DNA of 64,000 nucleotides from Octopus sinensis. Its lineage: Eukaryota. The translations under genes were made by a program, and so were the position numbers. A model generated the notes under the pieces. It saw only the letters and a program-made list of their open reading frames with translations, ran no database searches and had not been told where the DNA came from. The stretch spans positions 6,014,001 to 6,078,000 of the forward strand of contig NC_042999.1 in the NCBI RefSeq assembly GCF_006345805.1, read 5' to 3'. Of this stretch, positions 1-13,639 are shown piece after piece; the stretch's first letter is position 1; each line of letters begins with the position of its first letter.

Positions 1-3000
1 GCATGGTCGATGCCTGACTGGCTCCTGTGCCAGTGACACATAAAAACACCATTCAAGTGTGGTCATTGCCAGTGGCATGTAAAAAGCACCATTTGAGCAT
101 GGTCGATGCCTGACTGGCTCCTGTGCCAGTGACACATAAAAACACCATTCAAGTGTGGTCATTGCCAGTGGCATGTAAAAAGCACCATTGAGCATGGTCG
201 ATGCCGACTGGCTCCTGTGCCAGTGACACATAAAAACACCATTCAAGTGTGGTCATTGCCAGTGGCATGTAAAAAGCACCATTTGAGCATGGTCGATGCC
301 TGACTGGCTCCTGTGCCAGTGACACATAAAAACACCATTCAAGTGTCGTCATTGCCAGTGGCATGTAAAAGCACCATTTGAGCATGGTCGATGCCTGACT
401 GGCTCCTGTGCCAGTGACACATAAAAACACCATTCAAGTGTGGTCATTACCAGTGGCATGTAAAAAGCACCATTTGAGCATGGTCGATGCCTGACTGGCT
501 CCTGTGCCAGTGAACATAAAAAACACCATTCAAGTGTGGTCATTACCAGTGGCATGTAAAAAGCACCATTTGAGCATGGTCGATGCCTGACTGGCTCCTG
601 TGCCAGTGACACATAAAAACACCATTCAAGTGTGGTCATTACCAGTGGCATGTAAAAAGCACCATTGAGCATGGTCGATGCCTGACTGGCTCCTGTGCCA
701 GTGACACATAAAAACACCATTCAAGTGTGGTCATTACCAGTGGCATGTAAAAAGCACCATTTGAGCATGGTCGATGCCTGACTGGCTCCTGTGCCAGTGA
801 CACATAAAAACACCATTCAAGTGTGGTCATTACCAGTGGCATGTAAAAAGCACCATTTGAGCATGGTCGATGCCTGACTGGCTCCTGTGCCAGTGACACA
901 TAAAAACACCATTCAAGTGTGGTCATTGCCAGTGGCATGTAAAAAGCACCATTTGAGCATGGTCGATGCCTGACTGGCTCCTGTGCCAGTGACACATAAA
1001 AACACATTCAAGTGTGTGGTCATTGCCAGTGGCATGTAAAAAGCACCATTGAGCATGGTCGATGCCTGACTGGCTCCTGTGCCAGTGACACATAAAAACA
1101 CCATTCAAGTGTGGTCATTGCCAGTGGCATGTAAAAAGCACCATTTGAGCATGGTCGATGCCTGACTGGCTCCTGTGCCAGTGACACATAAAAACACCAT
1201 TCAAGTGTGGTCATTGCCAGTGGCATGTAAAAAGCACCATTTGAGCATGGTCGATGCCTGACTGGCTCCTGTGCCAGTGACACATAAAAACACCATTCAA
1301 GTGTGGTCATTGCCAGTGGCATGTAAAAAGCACCATTTGAGCATGGTCGATGCCTGACTGGCTCCTGTGCCAGTGGACACATAAAAACACCATTCAAGTG
1401 TCGTCATTGCCAGTGGCATGTAAAAAGCACCATTTGAGCATGGTCGATGCCTGACTGGCTCCTGTGCCAGTGACACATAAAAACACCATTCAAGTGTCGT
1501 CATTGCCAGTGGCATGTAAAAAGCACCATTTGAGCATGGTCGATGCCTGACTGGCTCCTGTGCCAGTGACACATAAAAACACCATTCAAGTGTGGTCATT
1601 GCCAGTGGCATGTAAAAGCACCATTTGAGCATGGTCGATGCCTGACTGGCTCCTGTGCCAGTGACACATAAAAACACCATTCAAGTGTCGTCATTGCCAG
1701 TGGCATGTAAAAAGCACCATTTGAGCATGGTCGATGCCTGACTGGCTCCTGTGCCAGTGACACAAAAACACCATTCAAGTGTGGTCATTGCCAGTGGCAT
1801 GTAAAAAGCACCATTTGAGCATGGTCGATGCCTGACTGGCTCCTGTGCCAGTGACACATAAAAACACCATTCAAGTGTGGTCATTGCCAGTGGCATGTAA
1901 AAAGCACCATTTGAGCATGGTCGATGCCTGACTGGCTCCTGTGCCAGTGACACATAAAAACACCATTCAAGTGTGGTCATTGCCAGTGGCATGTAAAAAG
2001 CACCATTTGAGCATGGTCGATGCCTGACTGGCTCCTGTGCCAGTGACACATAAAAACACCATTCAAGTGTGGTCATTGCCAGTGGCATGTAAAAAGCACC
2101 ATTTGAGCATGGTCGATGCCTGACTGGCTCCTGTGCCAGTGACACATAAAAACACCATTCAAGTGTGGTCATTGCCAGTGGCATGTAAAAAGCACCATTT
2201 GAGCATGGTCGATGCCTGACTGGCTCCTGTGCCAGAGTGACACATAAAAACACCATTCAAGTGTGGTCATTGCCAGTGGCATGTAAAAAGCACCATTTGA
2301 GCATGGTCGATGCCTGACTGGCTCCTGTGCCAGTGACACATAAAAACACCATTCAAGTGTGGTCATTGCCAGTGGCATGTAAAAAGCACCATTTGAGCAT
2401 GGTCGATGCCTGACTGGCTCCTGTGCCAGTGACACATAAAAACACCATTCAAGTGTGGTCATTGCCAGTGGCATGTAAAAAGCACCATTTGAGCATGGTC
2501 GATGCCTGACTGGCTCCTGTGCCAGTGACACATAAAAACACCATTCAAGTGTGGTCATTGCCAGTGGCATGTAAAAAGCACCATTTGAGCATGGTCGATG
2601 CCTGACTGGCTCCTGTGCCAGTGACACAAAAAAACACCATTCAAGTGTGGTCATTGCCACTGGCATGTAAAAAGCACCATTCGAGCATGGTTGATGCCTG
2701 ACTGGCTCCTGTGCCAGTGACACATAAAAACACCATTCAAGTGTGGTCATTGCCACTGGCATGTAAAAAGCACCATTTGAGCATGGTCGATGCCTGACTG
2801 GCTCCTGTGCCAGTGACACATAAAAACACCATTCAAGTGTGGTCATTGCCAGTGGCATGTAAAAAGCACCATTTGAGCATGGTCGATGCCTGACTGGCTC
2901 CTGTGCCAGTGACACAAAAAACACCATTCAAGTGTGGTCATTGCCAGTGGCATGTAAAAAGCACCATTTGAGCATGGTCGATGCCTGACTGGCTCCTGTG

Positions 3001-6000
3001 CCAGTGACACATAAAAACACCATTCAAGTGTGGTCATTGCCAGTGGCATGTAAAAAGCACCATTTGAGCATGGTCGTGCCTGACTGGCTCCTGTGCCAGT
3101 GACACATAAAAACACCATTCAGTGTGGTCATTGCCAGTGGCATGTAAAAAGCACCATTTGAGCATGGTCGATGCCTGACTGGCTCCTGTGCCAGTGACAC
3201 ATAAAAACACCATTCAAGTGTGGTCATTGCCAGTGGCATGTAAAAAGCACCATTTGAGCATGGTCGATGCTGACTGGCTCCTGTGCCAGTGACACATAAA
3301 AACACCATTCAAGTGTGGTCATTGCCAGTGGCATGTAAAAAGCACCATTTGAGCATGGTCGATGCCTGACTGGCTCCTGTGCCAGTGACACATAAAAAAA
3401 CCATTCAAGTGTGGTCATTGCCAGTGGCATGTAAAAAGCACATTTGAGCATGGTCGATGCCTGACTGGCTCCTGTGCCAGTGACACATAAAAACACCATT
3501 CAAGTGTGGTCATTGCAGTGGCATGTAAAAAGCACCATTTGAGCATGGTCGATGCCTGACTGGCTCCTGTGCCAGTGACACATAAAAACACATTCAAGTG
3601 TGGTCATTGCCAGTGGCATGTAAAAAGCACCATTTGAGCATGGTCGATGCCTGACTGGCTCCTGTGCCAGTGACACATAAAAAACACCATTCAAGTGTGG
3701 TCATTGCCAGTGGCATGTAAAAAGCACCATTTGAGCATGTCGATGCCTGACTGGCTCCTGTGCCAGTGACACATAAAAACACCATTCAAGTGTGGTCATT
3801 ACCAGTGGCATGTAAAAAGCACCATTTGAGCATGGTCGATGCCTGACTGGCTCCTGTGCCAGTGACACATAAAAACACCATTCAAGTGTGGTCATGCCAG
3901 TGGCATGTAAAAAGCACCATTTGAGCATGGTCGATGCTGACTGGCTCCTGTGCCAGTGACACATAAAAACACATTCAAGTGTGGTCATTACCAGTGGCAT
4001 GTAAAAAGCACCATTTGAGCATGGTCGATGCCTGACTGGCTCCTGTGCCAGTGACACATAAAAACACCATTCAAGTGTGGTCATTACCAGTGGCATGTAA
4101 AAAGCACCATTTGAGCATGGTCGATGCCTGACTGGCTCCTGTGCCAGTGACACATAAAAACACCATTCAAGTGTGGTCATTACCAGTGGCATGTAAAAAG
4201 CACCATTTGAGCATGGTCGATGCCTGACTGGCTCCTGTGCCAGTGACACATAAAAACACCATTCAAGTGTGGTCATTGCCAGTGGCATGTAAAAAGCACC
4301 ATTGAGCATGGTCGATGCCTGACTGGCTCCTGTGCCAGTGACACATAAAAACACCATTCAAGTGTGGTCATTGCCAGTGGCATGTAAAAAGCACCATTTG
4401 AGCATGGTCGATGCCTGACTGGCTCCTGTGCCAGTGACACATAAAACACCATTCAAGTGTGGTCATTGCCAGTGGCATGTAAAAAGCACCATTTGAGCAT
4501 GGTCGATGCCTGACTGGCTCCTGTGCCAGTGACACATAAAAACACCATTCAAGTGTGGTCATTGCCAGTGGCATGTAAAAAGCACCATTTGAGCATGGTC
4601 GATGCTGACTGGCTCCTGTGCCAGTGACACATAAAAACACCATTCAAGTGTGGTCATTGCCAGTGGCATGTAAAAAGCACCATTTGAGCATGGTCGATGC
4701 CTGACTGGCTCCTGTGCCAGTGACACATAAAAACACCATTCAAGTGTCGTCATTGCCAGTGGCATGTAAAAAGCACCATTTGAGCATGGTCGATGCCTGA
4801 CTGGCCTGTGCCAGTGACACATAAAACACCATTCAAGTGTGGTCATTGCCAGTGGCATGTAAAAAGCACCATTTGAGCATGGTCGATGCTGACTGGCTCC
4901 TGTGCCAGTGGACCATAAAAACACCATTCAAGTGTGGTCATTGCCAGTGGCATGTAAAAAGCACCATTTGAGCATGGTCGATGCCTGACTGGCTCCTGGC
5001 CAGTGACACATAAAAAACACCATTCAAGTGTGGTCATTGCCAGTGGCATGTAAAAAGCACCATTTGAGCATGGTCGATGCCTGACTGGCTCCTGTGCCAG
5101 TGACACATAAAAAACACCATTCAAGTGTGGTCATTGCCAGTGGCATGTAAAAAGCACCATTTGAGCATGGTCGATGCCTGACTGGCTCCTGTGCCAGTGA
5201 CACATAAAAACACCATTCAAGTGTGGTCATTGCCAGTGGCATGTAAAAAGCACCATTTGAGCATGGTCGATGCCTGACTGGCTCCTGTGCCAGTGACACA
5301 AACAAAACACCATTCAAGTGTGGTCATTGCCAGTGGCATGAAAAAGCACCATTTGAGCATGGTCGATGCCTGACTGGCTCCTGTGCCAGTGACACATAAA
5401 AACACCATTCAAGTGTCGTCATTGCCAGTGGCATGTAAAAAGCACCATTGAGCATGGTCGATGCCTGACTGGTCCTGTGCCAGGCCAGTGACACATAAAA
5501 ACACCATTCAAGTGTGGTCATTGCCAGTGGCATGTAAAAAGCACCATTGAGCATGGTCGATGCCTGACTGGCTCCTGTGCCAGTGACACATAAAACACCA
5601 TTCAAGTGTGGTCATTGCCAGTGGCATGTAAAAAGCACCATTTGAGCATGGTCGATGCCTGACTGGCTCCTGTGCCAGTGACACATAAAAACACCATTCA
5701 AGTGTGGTCATTGCCAGGGGGCATGTAAAAAGCACCATTTGAGCATGGTCGATGCCTGACTGGCTCCTGTGCCAGTGACACATAAAAACACCATTCAAGT
5801 GTCGTCATTGCCAGTGGCATGTAAAAAGCACCATTTGAGCATGGTCGATGCCTGACTGGCTCCTGTGCCAGTGACACATAAAAACACCATTCAAGTGTGG
5901 TCATTGCCAGTGGCATGTAAAAAGCACCATTTGAGCATGGTCGATGCCTGACTGGCTCTGTGCCAGTGACACATAAAAACACCATTCAAGTGTGGTCATT

Positions 6001-9000
6001 GCCAGTGGCATGTAAAAAGCACCATTTGAGCATGGTCGATGCTGACTGGCTCCTGTGCCAGTGACACATAAAAACACCATTCAAGTGTGGTCATTGCCAC
6101 TGGCATGTAAAAAGCACCATTTGAGCATGGTCGATGCCTGACTGGCTCCTGTGCCAGTGACACATAAAAAAACATTCAAGTGTCGTCATTGCCAGTGGCA
6201 TGTAAAAAGCACCATTTGAGCATGGTCGATGCCTGACTGGCTCCTGTGCCAGTGACACATAAAAACACCATTCAAGTGTGGTCATTGCCAGTGGCATGTA
6301 AAAAGCACCATTTGAGCATGGTCGATGCCTGACTGGCTCCTGTGCCAGTGACACATAAAAAACCATTCAAGTGTGGTCATTGCCAGTGGCATGTAAAAAG
6401 CACCATTTGAGCAGGTCGATGCCTGACTGGCTCCTGTGCCAGTGACACATAAAACACCATTCAAGTGTGGTCATTGCCAGTGGCATGTAAAAAGCACCAT
6501 TTGAGCATGGTCGATGCCTGACTGGCTCCTGTGCCAGTGACACATAAAAACACCATTCAAGTGTCGTCATTGCCAGTGGCATGTAAAAAGCACCATTTGA
6601 GCATGGTCGATGCCTGACTGGCTCCTGTGCCGTGACACATAAAAACACCATTCAAGTGTCGTCATTGCCAGTGGCATGTAAAAAGCACCATTTGAGCATG
6701 GTCGTGCCTGACTGGCTCCTGTGCCAGTGACACATAAAAACACCATTCAAGTGTGGTCATTGCCAGTGGCATGTAAAAAGCACCATTTGAGCATGGTCGA
6801 TGCCTGACTGGCTCTGTGCCAGTGACACATAAAAAACACCATTCAAGTGTGGTCATTGCCAGTGGCATGTAAAAAGCACCATTCGAGCATGGTCGATGCC
6901 TGACTGGCTCCTGTGCCAGTGACACATAAAAACACCATTCAAGGTCGTCATTGCCAGTGGCATGTAAAAAGCACCATTTGAGCATGGTCGATGCCTGACT
7001 GGCTCCTGTGCCAGTGACACATAAAAACACCATTCAAGTGTCGTCATTGCCAGTGGCATGTAAAAAGCACCATTTGAGCATGGTCGATGCCTGACTGGCT
7101 CCTGTGCCAGTGACACATAAAAACACCATTCAGTGTGGTCATTGCCAGTGGCATGTAAAAAGCACATTTGAGCATGGTCGATGCCTGACTGGCTCCTGTG
7201 CCAGTGACACAATAAAAACACCATTCAAGTGTCGTCATTGCCAGTGGCATGTAAAAAGCACCATTGAGCATGGTCGATGCCTGACTGGCTCCTGTGCCAG
7301 TGACACATAAAACACCATTCAAGTGTGGTCATTGCCAGTGGCATGTAAAAAGCACCATTTGAGCATGGTCGATGCCTGACTGGCTCCTGTGCCAGTGACA
7401 CATAAAAACACCATTCAAGTGTGGTCATTGCCAGTGGCATGTAAAAAGCACCATTTGAGCATGGTCGATGCCTGACTGGCTCCTGTGCCAGTGACACATA
7501 AAAACACCATTCAAGTGTGGTCATTGCCAGTGGCATGTAAAAAGCACCATTTGAGCATGGTCGATGCCTGACTGGCTCCTGTGCCAGTGACACATAAAAA
7601 CACCATTCAAGTGTCGTCATTGCCAGTGGCATGTAAAAAGCACCATTGAGCATGGTCGATGCCTGACTGGCTCCTGTGCCAGTGACACATAAAAACACCA
7701 TTCAAGTGTGTCATTGCCAGTGGCATGTAAAAAGCACCATTTGAGCATGGTCGATGCCTGATGGCTCCTGTGCCAGTGACACATATAAAAACACCATTCA
7801 AGTGTGGTCATTGCCAGTGGCAGTGTAAAAAGCACCATTTGAGCATGGTCGATGCCTGACTGGCTCCTGTGCCAGTGACACATAAAACACCATTCAAGTG
7901 TGGTCATTGCCAGTGGCATGTAAAAAGCACCATTCGAGCATGGTCGAGGCCTGACTGGCTCCTGTGCCAGTGAACATAAAAAACACCATTCAAGTGTCGT
8001 CATTGCCAGTGGCATGTAAAAAGCACCATTTGAGCATGGTCGATGCCTGACTGGCTCCTGTGCCAAGTGACACATAAAAACACCATTCAAGTGTCGTCAT
8101 TGCCAGTGGCATGTAAAAAGCACCATTTGAGCATGGTCGATGCCTGACTGGCTCCTGTGCCAGTGACACATAAAAAACACCATTCAAGTGTGGTCATTGC
8201 CAGTGGCATGTAAAAGCACCATTTGAGCATGGTCGATGCTGACTGGCTCCTGTGCCAGTGACACATAAAAACACCATTCAAGTGTCGTCATTGCCAGTGG
8301 CATGTAAAAAGCACCATTTGAGCATGGTCGATGCCTGACTGGCTCCTGTGCCAGTGACACATAAAAAACACCATTCAAGTGTGGTCATGCCAGTGGCATG
8401 TAAAAAGCACCATTTGAGCATGGTCGATGCCTGACTGGCTCCTGTGTGCAGTGACACATAAAAACACCATTCAAGTGTGGTCATTGCCAGTGGCATGTAA
8501 AAAGCACCATTCGAGCGATGGTCGATGCTGACTGGCCCCTGTGCCAGTGACACATAAAAACACCATTCAAGTGTGGTCATTGCCAGTGGCATGTAAAAAA
8601 GCACCATTTGAGCATGGTCGATGCCTGACTGGCTCCTGTGCCAGTGACACATAAAAACACCATTCAAGTGTCGTCATTGCCAGTGGCATGTAAAAAGCAC
8701 CATTTGAGCATGGTCGATGCCTGACTGGCTCCTGTGCCAGTGACACATAAAAACACCATTCAAGTGTGGTCATTGCCAGTGGCATGTAAAAAGCACCATT
8801 TGAGCATGGTCGATGCCTGACTGGCTCCTGTGCCAGTGACACATAAAAAACACCATTCAAGTGTCGTCATTGCCAGTGGCATGTAAAAAGCACCATTTGA
8901 GCATGGTCGATGCCTGACTGGCTCCTGTGCCAGTGGACACATAAAAACACCATTCAAGTGTCGTCATTGCCAGTGGCATGTAAAAAGCACCATTGAGCAT

Positions 9001-12000
9001 GGTCGATGCCTGATGGCTCCTGTGCCAGTGACACATAAAAACACCATTCAAGTGTCGTCATGCCAGTGGCATGTAAAAAGCACCATTTGAGCATGGTCGA
9101 TGCCTGACTGGCTCCTGTGCCAGTGACACATAAAAACACCATCAAGTGTCGTCATTGCCAGTGGCATGTAAAAAGCACCATTTGAGCATGGTCGATGCCT
9201 GACTGGCTCCTGTGCCAGTGACACATAAAAACACCATTCAAGTGTCGTCATTGCCGTGGCATGTAAAAAGCACCATTTGAGCATGGTCGATGCCTGACTG
9301 GCTGGCTCCTGTGCCAGTGACACATAAAAACACCATTCAAGTGTCGTCTTGCCAGTGGCATGTAAAAGCACCATTTGAGCATGGTCGATGCCTGACTGCT
9401 CCTGTGCCAGTGACACATAAAAAACACCATTCAAGTGTGGTCATGCCAGTGGCATGTAAAAGCACCATTTGAGCATGGTCGATGCCTGACTGGCTCCTGT
9501 GCCAGTGACACATATAAAAACACCATTCAAGTGTGGTCATTGCCAGTGGCATGTAAAAAGCACCATTTGAGCATGGTCGATGCCTGACTGGCTCCTGTGC
9601 CAGTGACACATAAAAACACCATTCAAGTGTGGTCATTGCCAGTGGCATGTAAAAGCACCATTTGAGCATGGTCGATGCCTGACTGGCTCCTGTGCCAGTG
9701 ACACATAAAAACACATTCAAGTGTGGTCATTGCCAGTGGCATGTAAAAAGCACCATTCGAGCATGGTCGATGCCTGACTGGCTCCTGTGCCAGTGACACA
9801 TAAAAACACCATTCAAGTGTCGTCATTGCCAGTGGCATGTAAAAAGCACCATTTGAGCATGGTCGATGCCTGACTGGCTCTGTGCCAGTGACACATAATA
9901 AAACAACCATTCAAGTGTCGTCATTGCCAGTGGCATGTAAAAAGCACCATTTGAGCATGGTCGATGCCTGACTGGCTCCTGTGCCAGTGACACATAAAAA
10001 CCACCATTCAAGTGTGGTCATTGCCAGTGGCATGTAAAAAGCACCATTTGAGCATGGTCGATGCCTGACTGGCTCCTGTGCCAGTGACACATAAAAACAC
10101 CATTCAAGTGTCGTCATTGCCAGTGGCAATGTAAAAAAGCACCATTTGAGCATGGTCGATGCCTGACTGGCTCCTGTGCCAGTGACACATAAAAACACCA
10201 TTCAAGTGTGGTCATGCCAGTGGCATGTAAAAAGCACCATTTGAGCATGGTCGATGCCTGACTGGCTCCTGTGCCAGTGACACATAAAAACACCATTCAA
10301 GTGTGGTCATTGCCAGTGGCATGTAAAAAGCACCATTCGAGCATGGTCGATGCCTGGACTGGCCCCTGTGCCAGTGACACATAAAAACACCATTCAAGTG
10401 TGGTCATTGCAGTGGCATGTAAAAAGCACCATTTGAGCATGGTCGATGCCTGACTGGCTCCTGTGCCAGTGACACATAAAAACACCATTCAAGTGTCGTC
10501 ATTGCAGTGGCATGTAAAAAGCACCATTTGAGCATGGTCGATGCCTGACTGGCTCCTGTGCCAGTGACACATAAAAACACCATTCAAGTGTGGTCATTGC
10601 CAGTGGCATGTAAAAAGCACCATTTGAGCATGGTCGATGCCTGACTGGCTCCTGTGCCAGTGAACATAAAAAACACCATTCAAGTGTCGTCATTGCCAGT
10701 GGCATGTAAAAAGCACCATTTGAGCATGGTCGATGCCTGACTGGCTCCTGTGCCAGTGAAGTGAACATAAAAAACACCATTCAAGTGTCGTCATTGCCAG
10801 TGGCATGTAAAAAGCACCATTTGAGCATGGTCGATGCTGACTGGCTCCTGTGCCAGTGAGTGACACATAAAAACACATTCAAGTGTCGTCATTGCCAGTG
10901 GCATGTAAAAAGCCACATTTGAGCATGGTCGATGCCTGACGGCTCCTGTGCCAGTGACACATAAAAACACCATTCAAGTGTCGTCATTGCCAGTGGCATG
11001 TGTAAAAAGCACCATTTGAGCATGGTCGATGCCTGACTGGCTCCTGTGCCAGTGACACATAAAAACACCATTCAAGTGTCGTCATTGCCAGTGGCATGTA
11101 AAAAGCACCATTTGAGCATGGTCGATGCCTGACTGGCTCCTGTGCCAGTGACACATAAAAACACCATTCAAGTGTCGTCATTGCCAGTGGCATGTAAAAA
11201 GCACCATTTGAGCATGGTCGATGCCTGACTGGCTCCTGTGCCAGGACACATAAAAACACCATTCAAGTGTGGTCATTGCCAGTGGCATGAAAAAGCACCA
11301 TTTGAGCATGGTCGATGCCTGACTGGCTCCTGTGCCAGTGACACATAAAAACACCATTCAAGTGTGGTCATTGCCAGTGGCATGTAAAAAGCACCATTTG
11401 AGCATGGTCGATGCCTGACTGGCTCCTGTGCCAGTGACACATAAAAACACCATTCAAGTGTGGTCATTGCCAGTGGCATGTAAAAAGCACCATTTGAGCA
11501 TGGTCGATGCCTGACTGGCTCCTGTGCCAGTGACACATAAAACACCATTCAAGTGTGTCATTGCCAGTGGCATGTAAAAAGCACCATTTGAGCATGGTCG
11601 ATGCCTGACTGGCTCCTGTGCCAGTGACACATAAAAACACCATTCAAGTGTCGTCATTGCCAGTGGCATGTAAAAAGCACCATTTGAGCATGGTCGATGC
11701 CTGACTGGCTCCTGTGCCAGTGACAATAAAAACACCATTCAAGTGTGGTCATTGCCAGTGGCATGTAAAACAGACCATTTGAGCATGGTCGATGCCTGAC
11801 GGCTCCTGTGCCAGTGACACATATAAAAACACCATTCAAGTGTCGTCATTGCCAGTGGCATGTAAAAAGCACCATTTGAGCATGGTCGATGCCTGACTGC
11901 TCCTGTGCCAGTGACACATAAAAACACCATCAAGTGTGGTCATTGCCAGTGGCATGTAAAAAGCACCATTTGAGCATGGTCGATGCCTGACTGCTCCTGT

Positions 12001-12656
12001 GCCAGTGACAATACAAAAAACACCATTCAAGTGTGGTCATTGCCACTGGCATGTAAAAAGCACCATTTGAGCATGGTCGATGCCTGACTGGCTCCTGTGC
12101 CAGTGACACATAAAAACACCATTCAAGTGTGGTCATGCCAGTGGCATGTAAAAAGCACCATTTGAGCATGGTCGATGCCTGACTGGCTCCTGTGCAGGGC
12201 ACCATAAAAACCACCATTCAAGTGTGGTCATTGCAGTGGCATGTAAAAAGCACCATTGAGCATGGTCGATGCCTGACTGGCTCCTGTGCCAGTGACACAT
12301 AAAAACCCATTCAAATGTCGTCATTGCCAGTGGCATGTTAAAAAGCACCATTGAGCATGGTCGATGCCTGACTGGCTCCTGTGCCAGTGACACAATAAAA
12401 ACACCATTCAAGTGTCGTCATTGCCAGTGGCATGTAAAAGCAACATTTGAGCATGGTCGATGCCTGACTGGCTCCTGTGCCAGTGGACACATTATAAAAA
12501 ACACCATTCAAGTTGTGGTCATTGCCAGTGGCATGTAAAAAGCACCATTTGAGCATGTCGATGCCTGACTGGCTCCTGTGCCAGTGACACATAAAAACAC
12601 CATTCAAGTGTGGTCATTGCAGTGGCATGTAAAAAGCACCATTTTGAGCATGGTCG
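1..12656. repeat. 96-bp tandem satellite array, ~131 copies; runs off the left edge of the window and into an assembly gap on the right
   Basis: GCATGGTCGATGCC recurs at 1 and 97 (period 96). Monomer: GCATGGTCGATGCCTGACTGGCTCCTGTGCCAGTGACACATAAAAACACCATTCAAGTGTGGTCATTGCCAGTGGCATGTAAAAAGCACCATTTGA. The ORF track repeats a 32-aa unit. Confidence 0.99.
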
Positions 12657-12756
12657 NNNNNNNNNNNNNNNNNNNNNNNNNNNNNNNNNNNNNNNNNNNN
12701 NNNNNNNNNNNNNNNNNNNNNNNNNNNNNNNNNNNNNNNNNNNNNNNNNNNNNNNN
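12657..12756. other. Assembly gap (100 N)
   Basis: Run of exactly 100 N, probably a placeholder length. Confidence 0.99.
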
Positions 12757-13124
12757 ACAGGACTCAATGTAACAAAAGTTCTTTATGGAGAACAACAATA
12801 TCGCTGTGTGCATGTGGCGTGAGAGAACGGGAGCGTGGAGCATGCGTGCGTGTGCGTATAACGTGTATATACCCATACATATACATGAATGTATATATGT
12901 GTGCGTGTGTGTGTGTGTATGTATATATGTGTGTGAGTGTGTGTGGTTACAGAGAGAGAGAGAGAGAGAGAAAGTTTGTCTTGAGTCGACAGTTTCGTTA
13001 AGCCAGAATTAATCGCAATTTCTGAAGCATTTTGCAACAGAGTATAGAAGGTTCTTCTCTGAATAGGTCACCAGTCGGAAGCATGGTCAAACCCCCGGAA
13101 GAGCAACTGTTGCTGCTTCTGTGT

Positions 13125-13155
<31 letters not shown>

Positions 13156-13439
13156 GCTGTTAAGCAACAAGACGGGTAAGGGTGATTAGGTGATGGTCTA
13201 GGGCTTAGGAGCAGGAGACCCCAGACCTTGGGGGAAAAAAACAACTTTGGTCGTCTTGTTGTAGTCGAAGGCTCTTCGTTGACGCCCGACACCACTGGGA
13301 GGTGGTCCTCGAAGTCGCTGGAAATGGAGATCTCCAGGTTCAAATTCTTGGACGGCTGCTGCTGCTGCTACTGTTGCTACTGTTGCTAATGTCGTTGTTG
13401 TTGCTGCTGCTGCAGTTACTCATTTTCAGTTGAGTGAAG

Positions 13440-13535
13440 TTAAGCGCTTTGCTCCAGGACACAACGTGTCACCCGGATCGGGAATGGAACACATGACTTT
13501 ACGATCATCTACCGAACACTCTAAACACTAAGCTA
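13440..13535 (-). mobile_element. Degenerate tRNA-derived SINE head fragment
   Basis: Reverse complement resembles the head of the SINE at 21621 (CACAACGTGTCACCCGGATCGGGAATGGAAC...ACGATCAT). Confidence 0.5.
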
Positions 13536-13606
13536 TATGCACGCACGCACACACCACACACACATATAGAGATATACATACATATATTATATAATATATA
13601 TATTAT

Positions 13607-13639
<33 letters not shown>

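Noticed and set aside
149-12607. Dozens of minus-strand ORFs repeating MPLAMTTLEWCFYVSLAQEPVRHRPCSNGAFY
   Set aside because: The 96-bp period is a multiple of three and one frame happens to lack a stop; frequent indels shift frames freely, and there is no domain or splice evidence
1-12656. CRISPR-like regular repeat
   Set aside because: No unique spacers, no cas genes, and the context is eukaryotic
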